This document shows, one piece after another, positions 1 to 9,389 of a stretch of DNA of 64,000 nucleotides. Each line of letters starts with the position of its first letter. Within the stretch, counting starts at the first letter, position 1. The notes below the pieces were generated by a model. It ran no database searches. It saw nothing but the letters and a program-made list of their open reading frames with translations, and was not told where the DNA came from. The stretch lies in contig CAXXTH010000003.1 in NCBI GenBank assembly GCA_963668025.2, positions 96,001-160,000 of the forward strand. Direction: 5' to 3'. The position numbers and the translations under genes were made by a program. The stretch is from Candidatus Hydrogenedentota bacterium (GTDB taxonomy: Bacteria; Hydrogenedentota; Hydrogenedentia; Hydrogenedentales; SLHB01).

Positions 1-702
1 CGCGGCGATGCGGGCCGCCGTAATGGGGTCCAGTTCGCCCTTGTTGTTTTGGCCGTCCGTGAGCAGGATGATTACCTTCGAGGCGGCTTTCGAGTCCTTC
101 AATTTGCTCGCGGCCAAGCCGATGGCGGAACCGATGGCGGTGCCGTTTTTCAACGGCTCGCCCGATTCCACCTTGGCGTCGTCGAGGCCTTGCTCGATGG
201 CTCCATAGTCCAGCGTCAGCGGAATCTGGGTCCATGCGTATCCCGCGTACAGGATGAGTCCAAGCCGGTCAACGCCGAAGCGGTCATGGATGCGCATTTT
301 ACGGCTGTCGATGAAGTCGTGAACGGCGGCCTTAGTGACGTATAACCGGTCATGAGGACGCCCGCCCGTCGAGAAATCCATGGCGCGCATGCTGCCCGAT
401 ACATCCACGCACAGCATGATATCGACCACATCCGCATGCTCGATGCGAGGACGCAGCCCGCTCAGCGGACGCGCCAAGGCCACCAGCAGCAGAGCCAGCC
501 CGCAAGCGCGCAGTAATGCGGGCAGCCGCCGCATCCAAGGCAGGCCCCGGCTGCGAATACGCCCCAATATTTCGCCCGTCGATATCGACAGCGCGCCCGG
601 CGCTTTGGCGAACCATTCCGCCCCGAGCAGGAGCGCTACGGCGGGAAGCAGCAGCAAGGCCTCTGGATGCATGAGTTTCTCGAAATAAAAGGCATGCATC
701 AT
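1..702 (-). CDS. batA: VWA-domain protein, BatA-like (3' end runs off the window)
   Basis: Manual translation, not in the ORF track because there is no stop: MMHAFYFEKLMHPEALLLLP...LALLVALARP...DIMLCVDVSGSMRAMDF...DRLGLILY..PLTLDY...GTAIGSAIG...VIILLTDGQNN. It has the MIDAS DxSxS and LTDG motifs. The ATG overlaps the stop of the upstream gene. Confidence 0.88.
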   Translation of the reverse strand, partial: MMHAFYFEKLMHPEALLLLPAVALLLGAEWFAKAPGALSISTGEILGRIRSRGLPWMRRLPALLRACGLALLLVALARPLSGLRPRIEHADVVDIMLCVDVSGSMRAMDFSTGGRPHDRLYVTKAAVHDFIDSRKMRIHDRFGVDRLGLILYAGYAWTQIPLTLDYGAIEQGLDDAKVESGEPLKNGTAIGSAIGLAASKLKDSKAASKVIILLTDGQNNKGELDPITAARIAA

Positions 703-1610
703 GCCGCTTCTCCCTGCATGGGTGTTTTCGCCACGGGAATGGTCTCGTGGACGAACCGCGCCACGGCGGCATGGCTGCGCCGCATGTCCTCGAGAGAAGG
801 CGCATATTGGGCGAACTTCACCCGATCACACTGGCGCAATACGGCCGCCAGCAGACAGTGGTGTTCCTCATTCACATCGGCGCAGGTGGCCAGGCCATCC
901 AGAAATTCGGGCGTCGTTTCCTCCAACGCCCGCAGCCCGAACCGCGCTTCGATGTATTGCCGGAGTATGTCGGACAGCTCGACATAAAAGGCGTCGTGTG
1001 AACGGCCCATGGCCAGGAGATGTTGCAGCCGCGCATGGGCGGCGTCCCATGGCGTTTCGGGCATGGATGCGTTTCCCGGCGTGCTGCGTTTTCGCCAAAG
1101 GAGCCATCCGGCCATGGCGGCTCCTCCAAGAAGCAACGCCAGCAACGCGATGGCCGCCATGCGCCATAAACCGTTCGGCGGGTCCATGGGGCCGAAATTC
1201 GCGGCAAAACGCTGTAGCTCCGCCGCTTCGCCGGACGTAACATCCCGTACATGCAGGGAAAGCCCCGGTGCGCTCGCCGTACCGCCGTCTCCGAAGAATG
1301 CCGGTATAGGCTGGATGGGATATTCCCCAGGCTGGGCCGCATCCAGCCGGTAGGCCACGCGCATGCGCCGCTTGTTTCCCGGCAACGGTTCATCTTGTGT
1401 GGGGCTGATGGGGCCTTCGATGCCCAATTCACCCACCAGAGGCGCTAAGTCCGGCAGGCTCACTTCGAGTCCCGCTGGGGCTTCCACGGTGATAATGAGC
1501 AACGCCTCGCGGTAATACGGAATTTCGGGCGGCTCAAGCCGCGCCGATATCGTGACAGGTTCATTGGCGGCCAAGGCGGCCATCAAGAGGAGGAGCGCAT
1601 TAAGCATCAT
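699..1610 (-). CDS. BatD-like/DUF4381-type membrane-anchored protein of the MoxR-VWA operon
   Basis: 303-aa ORF with a signal peptide, a central TM helix and the C-terminal motif YxELSxILRxYIExRF...ETTxE...DxVKFA typical of bat-operon proteins. AGGAG upstream. Confidence 0.75.
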   Translation of the reverse strand: MMLNALLLLMAALAANEPVTISARLEPPEIPYYREALLIITVEAPAGLEVSLPDLAPLVGELGIEGPISPTQDEPLPGNKRRMRVAYRLDAAQPGEYPIQPIPAFFGDGGTASAPGLSLHVRDVTSGEAAELQRFAANFGPMDPPNGLWRMAAIALLALLLGGAAMAGWLLWRKRSTPGNASMPETPWDAAHARLQHLLAMGRSHDAFYVELSDILRQYIEARFGLRALEETTPEFLDGLATCADVNEEHHCLLAAVLRQCDRVKFAQYAPSLEDMRRSHAAVARFVHETIPVAKTPMQGEAA

Positions 1611-1680
1611 CGTTCCTCCAGGAAGAAAAACAACCTATAACCGTTAAAAAAACGCGCCATGCTTATCCCTAAACACCATC

Positions 1681-2559
1681 TCACGCCATGCGCCGTTCCC
1701 GCATGCGGAAAAAACGGTACAGGGCGTCCACATACGATTCATCCGTTTGAATCGCGATGCTGTCCACGCGCGTACGGCGCAGGATCTCATCGCGCCGCTG
1801 CACGCGTTCGAGGGCCATGCGGTGGTATGCCGCCCGCACCTCGGCGTCATGGCTGTCCACCAGCGTTTCGCGGCCTGTTTCCGCGTCACGCACCGATATC
1901 AGGCCCACGTCCGGCAACACCATTTCCCGGAGATCACTCACCATCACGGCGATAAGGTCATGGCGGCGCGCGGCAACGCGCAATGGTATTTCATACCCGC
2001 TCGCCATGAAGTCCGACACGAGAAATGTGACGGCGCGGCGCTTGGCCACCTTATTCATGAAATACAACGCCGCCGGGATATTGGTCCGCAGGCCCCGGGG
2101 CTCGAAATATAACACTTCACGGATCACCCGCAACACATGGCGGCGGCCTTTGCTGGGCGGGATATAGAGTTCCACGTCATCTGTGAATATAATAAGGCCC
2201 ACTTTGTCATTATTTTTGATGGCTGATATGGCCAGCACTGCGCACAGTTCCGCCGCGAGTTCATTCTTGAAGCGCCGGACGCTCCCGAAACGGCCCGAGC
2301 CGCTCGCATCCACCAGGAGCATCACCGTAAGCTCCCGTTCTTCCACCAGCAGTTTTACATGCGGATGCCCGGTGCGCGCCGTGACATTCCAATCGATCAT
2401 GCGGACATCGTCGCCGGGCACATACGACCGGATGTCCTTAAACTCCATCCCCTGGCCCTTGAACACGCTCTGATATTGCCCCGCCAGGATGTCGTTTACA
2501 ATCCGGTCCGTTCGGATCTGAATCCGCCGAATCGCTTGCATAACCTCTTGTGGTATCAC
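1681..2559 (-). CDS. DUF58-domain protein
   Basis: GxYxSxFKGxGMEFxDIRxYxPGDDVRxIDWNVTAR...EERE motif. Likely GTG start at 2559. Confidence 0.92.
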   Translation of the reverse strand: MIPQEVMQAIRRIQIRTDRIVNDILAGQYQSVFKGQGMEFKDIRSYVPGDDVRMIDWNVTARTGHPHVKLLVEERELTVMLLVDASGSGRFGSVRRFKNELAAELCAVLAISAIKNNDKVGLIIFTDDVELYIPPSKGRRHVLRVIREVLYFEPRGLRTNIPAALYFMNKVAKRRAVTFLVSDFMASGYEIPLRVAARRHDLIAVMVSDLREMVLPDVGLISVRDAETGRETLVDSHDAEVRAAYHRMALERVQRRDEILRRTRVDSIAIQTDESYVDALYRFFRMRERRMA

Positions 2560-2575
2560 GGGATGCGCTCCTGGC

Positions 2576-3562
2576 TTACGGCACGGGCACGGTGTCGAGA
2601 ATCCGCCGAATGATGTCTTCGCTGGACACCCCCTCGGCTTCCGCCTCATACGTGACGATGATGCGGTGCCGCAGCACATCCATCGCCACTTGCTTCACGT
2701 CATTGGGAAATACATTCCCCTCGCCCTGGAGAAACGCCATCGCCCGCGCGGCTTGCTGCAAATAGATGGTCGCGCGCGGCGACGCGCCATACTCGATGTA
2801 GTATTTCATGTCGAGGCCATAATCCCGGGGATTGCGCGTGGCCTGGACGATATCGACAATGTAATTTTTCGCTTTATCATCCACATAAATCTGATTGACG
2901 ATCTCGCGCGCTTGCAAGATCTCCTGCTTGCCCACAACCGGCTTTGCAATAGGCGCGTGGAGGATATCGACCCGGTCCATGATCTCCCGTTCCTCGCCTT
3001 TACTGGGATACGTGATCCGCAGCTTGAGCATAAACCGGTCTACTTGCGCCTCCGGCAGGGGATAGGTGCCCTCGTGCTCGATGGGATTCTGCGTAGCCAA
3101 AACCATAAACGGCTCATCAAGGGGAAACGTCGTGTCGCCGATGGTTACTTGGCGCTCCTGCATGGCCTCGAGGAGGGCGCTTTGCACCTTGGCCGGGGCG
3201 CGGTTGATTTCATCGGCCAGGATAATATTGCCGAAAATAGGCCCCTTTTTTGTCGTAAACGCGCCATCGCGGGGATTGTAAACGAGCGTGCCGATCAGAT
3301 CGGCGGGAAGCAGATCGGGCGTGAATTGGATCCGGGTGAATTGGCATGCGATGGCCTGGGCGAGCGCTTTGACGGCGGTGGTCTTCGCCAAGCCGGGCAC
3401 GCCCTCGATTAACACATGGCCATTGGCCAGAACGCCCACCAGCAGGCGGTCGATCATGTATTGCTGGCCCACCACGATGCCCGCGATTTCCTGCCGCAAG
3501 CGCTCCACAAAGGGGGAGTGGGCTTCGACGCTCTTGCGTATCGACTCGACGGATAAACGCAT
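2576..3562 (-). CDS. moxR: MoxR-family AAA+ ATPase
   Basis: Walker A GVPGLAKT, RIQFTPDLLPAD, DEINRAPAKVQSALLEAMQE, ATQNPIE.EGTYPLPEAQ.DRF. GGAGG RBS before ATG 3562. Confidence 0.95.
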   Translation of the reverse strand: MRLSVESIRKSVEAHSPFVERLRQEIAGIVVGQQYMIDRLLVGVLANGHVLIEGVPGLAKTTAVKALAQAIACQFTRIQFTPDLLPADLIGTLVYNPRDGAFTTKKGPIFGNIILADEINRAPAKVQSALLEAMQERQVTIGDTTFPLDEPFMVLATQNPIEHEGTYPLPEAQVDRFMLKLRITYPSKGEEREIMDRVDILHAPIAKPVVGKQEILQAREIVNQIYVDDKAKNYIVDIVQATRNPRDYGLDMKYYIEYGASPRATIYLQQAARAMAFLQGEGNVFPNDVKQVAMDVLRHRIIVTYEAEAEGVSSEDIIRRILDTVPVP

Positions 3563-3790
3563 ATATCCTCCTGCTCCGTTGTCCCACACGCATGGCCTGG
3601 AAAGCAAGGCGCGCGGCGTCCAGCATGACATCCGCCGGTGCCACGCTCGTGGTATGGATTCCTTACGCGTGCATATATCCGCTGCTTTCCTGGCTGCTCC
3701 TTATATATATTATTGATCAGTCAAAACAAAAACCAGAAGGAATGCATGCAGCCGGAATCGCCAGGTAAGAAGAAATAGACGTGCGCTTCC

Positions 3791-3948
3791 CGTGGCATGG
3801 CCGTCCCGGCATGCGCATGGGCGGGACGCCCATGCCACGAGATCGCACCAAGTAGATGAGATGGATAATGACAACACCGCGGAATGATTGGCCATGAATA
3901 CACGGTATTTGTATGGACACACCTGTAAACATACCCGTTATCCGGCGA
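3791..3948 (+). repeat. REP doublet (GTGG/GTAG-CATGG...CCATG family) plus ~110-bp conserved tail; homologous to 30397-30556
   Basis: cgtggcatggccgtcccggcatgcgcatgggcgggacgcccatgccacg is followed by a tail (caccaa...atggataatgac...tgaata...aaacat...ttatccggcga) that aligns by eye to 30397-30556. Confidence 0.85.
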
Positions 3949-3962
3949 TTAGGGGCGCAGCA

Positions 3963-3986
3963 CGTAGCACGGGAGTCTCACCCATG
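3963..3986 (+). repeat. Degenerate single REP copy
   Basis: cgtagcacgggagtctcacccatg versus the family consensus cgt(a/g)gcatgggcgtcccgcccatg. Confidence 0.65.
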
Positions 3987-4051
3987 TACGAGGCGCTACA
4001 GCCCAAGCGAGGCATCTGCTCCAGGTTGAGCGGTGATTCTTCCACATGCAA

Positions 4052-4405
4052 ACTTGGCCGACGCCAAACGCCGGCCAAATCTGAAAAAAACGAGGAGAAA
4101 GGTGGGGCCCCGAGGCCGCCAAGTAATCTGAGTCCTGTATTGAGGGGCATACAGAGAGTGACTGGGGTTGTCCTGCGCTGGGGGTGAACGCAGGGCTGAG
4201 GGAAGGACCAGGAGCACGGATGACTCGGCGGTTTATCCTCGGGGCTAACGTAAGCTGTATAGAAACTTTGGACCCGCCTCTTGAAGGCATGTTCCAAAGG
4301 AGGAGGCATTTATAGGAGACTCGAACGCAGCCCCTTGGCTGCTCTCTATTCGATTCAACTGTTTCAGCCGTCATTTTGCTTAACACCACCAACAGGAGCA
4401 GGTTC
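4052..4405 (-). ncRNA. Candidate structured non-coding RNA (unclassified)
   Basis: Long-range stem 4107-4124/4223-4245 encloses two related hairpins. Several further hairpins are present, and most G-U pairs favour the minus strand. No convincing ORF. Confidence 0.45.
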
Positions 4406-4629
4406 CATGCCTATTTTACGTAAGTTCATAAGGCATTTAATTGCAATGGGATACATTTTCTCTGCCTCCGCAGAGGGAAACGGGTGAACCTGATATCAGG
4501 TTTTTCCAGCTCATCCGTCTCAAATAGGGCACAAATCTGAAGCCATACCAATTACTCATGGGAAAGAGGATCTTTTTCAGCCCGCCAGTTTCGGGTACAC
4601 TGCCTACATCTGGTGGAAATGGGTGGCGA

Positions 4630-5615
4630 ATGAACGCGATGTATATTTCCGTTATCATACCGACCTGGAACCGCCGTCAGTTGCTGGCGGCGTGTCTGGA
4701 CAGCCTTGCCGCCCAGACATTCCGCGATTTCGAGATCATCGTTGTCGATGACGGCTCGACGGACGGCACGGCCGCTTATCTGGCGGATGCATATCCCCAC
4801 GTGCGCGTGGTTTCCCTGGCGCGCAACAGCGGTTTTGCCACCGCCATAAACGCCGGCATCCGGCAAGCCCAATCGGATTGGCTTTTTTTACTCAACAACG
4901 ACATGACGCTCGAACCTTCTTGTATGGAGCTCTTGGCGGACGCCGCCAGTCAAGACCTTGCGAGCCTTATCGCACCGCTAGTGCTGTGCCAAGACCAGCC
5001 CCAATTGATCTACGGCGCGGGCGACCGCCAGTATGTGAGCGGACGGCCAGAAGCCATTGGCCATGGCCAGCCAGTCGATACCTTCGTTCATCCTCGAAGA
5101 ATATTTGGCGTATCCGCTGGCGCGGCGCTATATGACCGCTCCGTGTTTGAGCGCATAGGGCTCTTCGACGAGTCCTTCGGCGCCTATTTTGAGGACAGCG
5201 ACCTCAATTTTCGCGCGAAGTTGGCGGGGTTCCGGGCGTGCGTCGTCCCAGAGGCGCGCGCATACCATTTGGGGTCCGCAAGCCTTAACGCCCGCCATCT
5301 GTGGCGCGCGCCCGGCAATGCTGCCGCAACCATCTGCTCCTCGTGATCAAAAACATGCCCACACGCCTGCTGTATGAGCATTCGGGTGAAATCCTGGCCG
5401 AGGTGCGCCACCAAAACAAACGTGTGCTGGCCATCGCACGCGCGGAAGGCGGCTTGCTATATGCAGCATTCATGCTGGTTTCAGTTTGGCTGTCTTTTAT
5501 ACGCCGTCTGCCGCATGCCCTCATGGAGCGGGTGCGCATCCAGCGCCGAAGCCGCCAGATACTGACTCCCGGTGAAGTGGATAGCTTTTTAATGCAGGAA
5601 ACGCCCCATGACTGA
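4630..5615 (+). CDS. Glycosyltransferase family 2 (split by a single-base frameshift near 5310, probably a sequencing error)
   Basis: ISVIIPTWN...IIVVDDGSTDGT...NSGFA..N.G...LLNND...FDESFGAYFEDSDL. The C-terminus continues in ORF 5301-5615 (RNHLLLVIKNMP). Confidence 0.88.
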
Positions 5616-7488
5616 TTACACCCCACACCGTTCGCTCCCGATGTGGGTATGGGCGTTTATCATCGTGCTTGCGGCCATCGAGCCAGCGACGCACGCGTGG
5701 ATTGCCTGGTTTCCGCCTTCGGGCACGGTTCCCACGGGCCTGCATACTGGCGATAGCCATGTATACCTGAATGCCATGCGCATGTTTCAAACGGATTTCT
5801 ACTCACCCTACGCTTCCTGCCAATCGCCCAGCCATGGCTTCGGTTATTACGCTATGCCTACCCATGTCTTCTACGGGCTTCTCGGCCTTGCCGCGGACGC
5901 AACAGGACTCGGCCATTTCATGGCTTTGGGCTTATTCAATGGCCTATTCGCCGCGTTCTACCTATTCGCCGCTTACGGGTTTCTGCGCACCGCCGCGCCG
6001 CGCCAGGCAAACCTCGCGTTCGCGCTCTTCGCGTTGGGCGGCGGCATCGGCGGCATCTTGTATATCGCCACTGGTGTATTCGGACTGCATATCGCCCCCT
6101 CGTTTGAAGCCGTTTTCTTGCGCTACGCCGAATATGACCTCGTGGAAGGCTCGTATTTGTGGCCCGCCTCGCATTTTCCGCGCCTGTATTATACCGCCCC
6201 GCTCGGATGCGCCCTCCTCGCCTTAAGCGGCCTCATCCGCATCGCACGCGGCGGCAAGAAAAGCACTTTCGCGTGGGCGTGCCTGCTGCTTTTGATCGCC
6301 CAGATCATTAATATGCGCGTGGGTGTTTTCGCATGGGGCGTTGGATTGCTGTTTCTATTTGCTGGCATGGAGGCTGCGTTTCGCCGCCGCGCCACTCTCG
6401 GCGCACTTTTCACCTTGCCCATTCTCGCGGGCGGCGCGGTGACCATGCTGCTCATGCGGCTGCATCCTACTTTCTCCATGAATGTCGTGGCCAACGCCCG
6501 CGAAGCGGTATGGTTTTCCGCGTTCATCAGCGCGGCGCTGCCGCAGTTATTACTCATCCCCGGCCCCATACGCCGCCACGTTGCCCGATTGCCCTATGCC
6601 ATACGCATCGCGGCATCGGCCCTCTTGGGCTATCTGGCGGTATTCTGCGTGTTGTATCTCGGATACCAAGCGTATTATGGCAACCTGTGGCGTATCTCAG
6701 ACACCATGGCCGCCGTGTTTGCCTCCGATTACGCCCTCACTGGGGCGCTGGCTGGCGGCATATGGGGATTGCTGTGGCGGCGCCGTTCCAGCGAATCTGA
6801 ATCGCTGGAGACGGCGTGGATATCCCTCTGGTTTCTGGCGTTCTTTGCCGTATCGATTTCCGCGTGGGGGCAGGGCTGGTTCATGCAATTCCTGCCCCGG
6901 CGGCTCCTCGTGCTCATGGCTTTGCCGATATGCATCCTCTCCGCCCAGGCCTTGCAGCATATCGGCACGAAGCGGCTGCGCCTTGCGCGGGGGCTTGCGG
7001 CAGCCGTGCTTTGCGGCGGCGCATGCAGCGTGGCCGTAGGGGCGTTGTGTTTCCAAGGTCCGCTGGGTCTGACACCCGGCCAAGGCCCCTTCGCAAACCG
7101 CCATTACGAGTTAATGACTCAGACCGACGCCGGACTATTGAACGCTCTCGGTCCGGGGCGGGTGCTTGCCCCGGTCTATAATCCCTATGCCTTCACGGAA
7201 GTGCTTGCCTTACGGCCCAGCAACTCCGTGGTCTTCGGCGTGGGAACGCTGAATCATTCTGATCTTGCCTTCCAGCCCATGAAAGACCAAGTGGACCGAT
7301 TCTTTTCCATTCAGGCCACGGACGCCGAACGCCGCGCCTTCGCGCTCCAATGGCAGGCGGATTATGTCTATTGCCCCGACACGTGCCCCGTGGATGCCGC
7401 CGTGATGGAACAGCTTCACCGCGCTTCTTGGCTGCGGCTCGTGGCGGACGCGGGACGCGGGGCGCTCTTCGCCGTGGTGAAGCCATGA
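5608..7488 (+). CDS. Polytopic membrane protein, probable GT-C-fold glycosyltransferase
   Basis: 626 aa with about 13 hydrophobic segments, an Asp in the first loop (TGDSHVY) and a soluble C-terminal domain. Translationally coupled to GT2. Confidence 0.6.
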   Translation: MTDYTPHRSLPMWVWAFIIVLAAIEPATHAWIAWFPPSGTVPTGLHTGDSHVYLNAMRMFQTDFYSPYASCQSPSHGFGYYAMPTHVFYGLLGLAADATGLGHFMALGLFNGLFAAFYLFAAYGFLRTAAPRQANLAFALFALGGGIGGILYIATGVFGLHIAPSFEAVFLRYAEYDLVEGSYLWPASHFPRLYYTAPLGCALLALSGLIRIARGGKKSTFAWACLLLLIAQIINMRVGVFAWGVGLLFLFAGMEAAFRRRATLGALFTLPILAGGAVTMLLMRLHPTFSMNVVANAREAVWFSAFISAALPQLLLIPGPIRRHVARLPYAIRIAASALLGYLAVFCVLYLGYQAYYGNLWRISDTMAAVFASDYALTGALAGGIWGLLWRRRSSESESLETAWISLWFLAFFAVSISAWGQGWFMQFLPRRLLVLMALPICILSAQALQHIGTKRLRLARGLAAAVLCGGACSVAVGALCFQGPLGLTPGQGPFANRHYELMTQTDAGLLNALGPGRVLAPVYNPYAFTEVLALRPSNSVVFGVGTLNHSDLAFQPMKDQVDRFFSIQATDAERRAFALQWQADYVYCPDTCPVDAAVMEQLHRASWLRLVADAGRGALFAVVKP

Positions 7489-9383
7489 CAGCCCCGGCGC
7501 TTTCCCGTACGCCCCGCTGGGTGTGGCTGCTTGCCGCCGCGCTGGCGGCCACGCAGCCGCTCTTGATCTACTGGCTCATCTATTTTCCGCCCGCAGGAAC
7601 CACGTCCTCGGGCCTTACCATTCCCGACAGCGCCATCTTCATCCAAGCCATGGACCTGTTCGCCCAAGACTATGCTTCGCCCTATGCTCTCCACACGCCC
7701 GGCGGCGCAAGCCACGCCTTGGCGCTTTATCCCATGCCGTACCTGTGGGTGTACGGCATGCTAGGCGCGGCGGCGCGGGCGCTTGGATTGAGCCATCTCG
7801 TGGCATACGGCTGGGCGAATGGCTTCGCCGCTTTTGCGTATCTCTGCGCCGCGTACTTCTTTCTGCGAGAAGCGGCGCCCCGCGTGGCCGCCCGCGCTTT
7901 TCTGCTCTTTGCCTTGAGCGGCGGCCCTGGCGGCCTGCTGTATGTGTTCACTGGCCTCATGGGCTGGCACGGCGCGCCCGGCTTCGACGAACAGTTTTTC
8001 CGCTATGCCCTCTATGAACTTGTCGAGGGCGCACATCTTCTGCCCATGACCTATTTCCCGCGCTTGTATTACACTTCTTCGCTGGCCCTGTGCTTTTCCG
8101 CGATGGCTTTGCTGTTGCGCCATCGCCGCGTTCCTTCCCGCCACGGTTTGCCGCTCGCGGCCCTTTGCCTGGCGTCAGGGGCGTTCATTAATCCCCGTTT
8201 CGGCGTTTTCACCGCCGCCATCCTGGCGCTATACGCCTGGCGGCAGCCCGCCGTTTGGAAGGGCGTAGCACTCACCGCATGCGCGGGCCTGCTCGGCTGG
8301 GCGACGGCGTGGCGCATGATGCAGGCCAGCCCGGTGGTGATTCAAAACCACGTGGACACCGGCGATATGGCCATGTGGCTCTCGCCGTTCATCAGCGCGG
8401 CGCTGCTGCATCTCTTCCTATTTCCCCAGGAGATCCGGCGCGCCATTCCAAGGCTGTCTCCGCTCGAGCGCATCGCCGCATGCTTGGCCATTTGTTATGT
8501 GATGGCGTTTACGGCCTTTTTTGTCTTGCATCAAGCGTATTATGGAAATCTACAGATCGCACGCGATGGTTCTCTTGCGGCTCGCGTATCCGATCCGGCC
8601 TTGGCGTTGGGAATCGCGCTGGCGCTCGCTTGGCTCTGGTGGAGGCGATTACAGCCCGCCGCGCATCCAGGCCAAGCCCATGACGAAGCGCCCGGCTGGA
8701 TTGTACTGTGGCTGCTCGCATTTCTAGCGATGGCCCTGTCCGGATTTGGCCATGGCTGGTTTTTACGATTCGGCCCCCAGCGGCTCATGGTGTTTCTGTG
8801 GCTGCCGCTCTGCATCTTGTCCGCCTATGCGCTTGAACGGATGCAGGCCCAGCACCCCCAAAACGCACGCCGCTATATGCTTGCCCTTCTCGGGTGTGGC
8901 GCGTTATCTATCTTGGCGGGATTCTGCTGTTTCCAAGGCCCCCTCGGGCGCGTTGAAGCCAAAGGCCCTTATCCGCAATATCACGCGGAGATCATTACAC
9001 AGTCCGATGCGCGTGTTATCGGGCAAATTGGCGAAGGCCGCGTATTAGCGCCCGCCTTGGCAAGCGACGCCGTGGTGCGCCTCCATGGCAATCCCGTGTT
9101 TTTCGGCATAGGCTCTTTCAACCTTGCCGACGAGCCGTATGTGTTCCTGCGTGATCGGACGGCCTGGTTTTTTTCGCCCGAGCCCAGCATGGAGGAGCGC
9201 CGCCAGTTTATACTCGAGTGGGGCATAAGGTACGTCTTTTACCCTGAAACAGAACCTATCGACGGCGCGGTTCTGGCGCAGCTTCGCCAGATCCCCTGGC
9301 TGCTTCCGAGCGCCCAAGAGGGCAACAGCGTATTGTTTGAAGTGGGGGAGGGATTGATAATACTGGACAATTGGAACCAGTGA
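7485..9383 (+). CDS. Polytopic membrane protein, paralog of the upstream gene (probable GT-C glycosyltransferase)
   Basis: Shares motifs with 5608-7488 (GG.GG.LY, Y.LVEG, FPRLYYT, QAYYGNL, GWF..F.P.RL, CFQGPLG). ATGA overlap at 7485-7488. Confidence 0.65.
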   Translation: MTAPALSRTPRWVWLLAAALAATQPLLIYWLIYFPPAGTTSSGLTIPDSAIFIQAMDLFAQDYASPYALHTPGGASHALALYPMPYLWVYGMLGAAARALGLSHLVAYGWANGFAAFAYLCAAYFFLREAAPRVAARAFLLFALSGGPGGLLYVFTGLMGWHGAPGFDEQFFRYALYELVEGAHLLPMTYFPRLYYTSSLALCFSAMALLLRHRRVPSRHGLPLAALCLASGAFINPRFGVFTAAILALYAWRQPAVWKGVALTACAGLLGWATAWRMMQASPVVIQNHVDTGDMAMWLSPFISAALLHLFLFPQEIRRAIPRLSPLERIAACLAICYVMAFTAFFVLHQAYYGNLQIARDGSLAARVSDPALALGIALALAWLWWRRLQPAAHPGQAHDEAPGWIVLWLLAFLAMALSGFGHGWFLRFGPQRLMVFLWLPLCILSAYALERMQAQHPQNARRYMLALLGCGALSILAGFCCFQGPLGRVEAKGPYPQYHAEIITQSDARVIGQIGEGRVLAPALASDAVVRLHGNPVFFGIGSFNLADEPYVFLRDRTAWFFSPEPSMEERRQFILEWGIRYVFYPETEPIDGAVLAQLRQIPWLLPSAQEGNSVLFEVGEGLIILDNWNQ

Positions 9384-9389
9384 GCCCTT

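Noticed and set aside
4101-4334. tmRNA/tRNA-like ends on the minus strand (GGGGCTG...GTTCGAG...CCCCACC)
   Set aside because: No T-arm before the 3' end, no CCA, no pairing T-stem around TTCGA, and no tag ORF.
4470-4502. Cobalamin-riboswitch-like GGGAA..GGTGAA and a 16-bp palindrome aacctgatatcaggtt
   Set aside because: The rest of the B12-box consensus is absent. The palindrome may be an operator but has no further support.
3930-4630. CRISPR- or TIGR-like array
   Set aside because: CCA and CTGA motifs recur but without constant period or conserved repeat units, and no associated effector gene is present.
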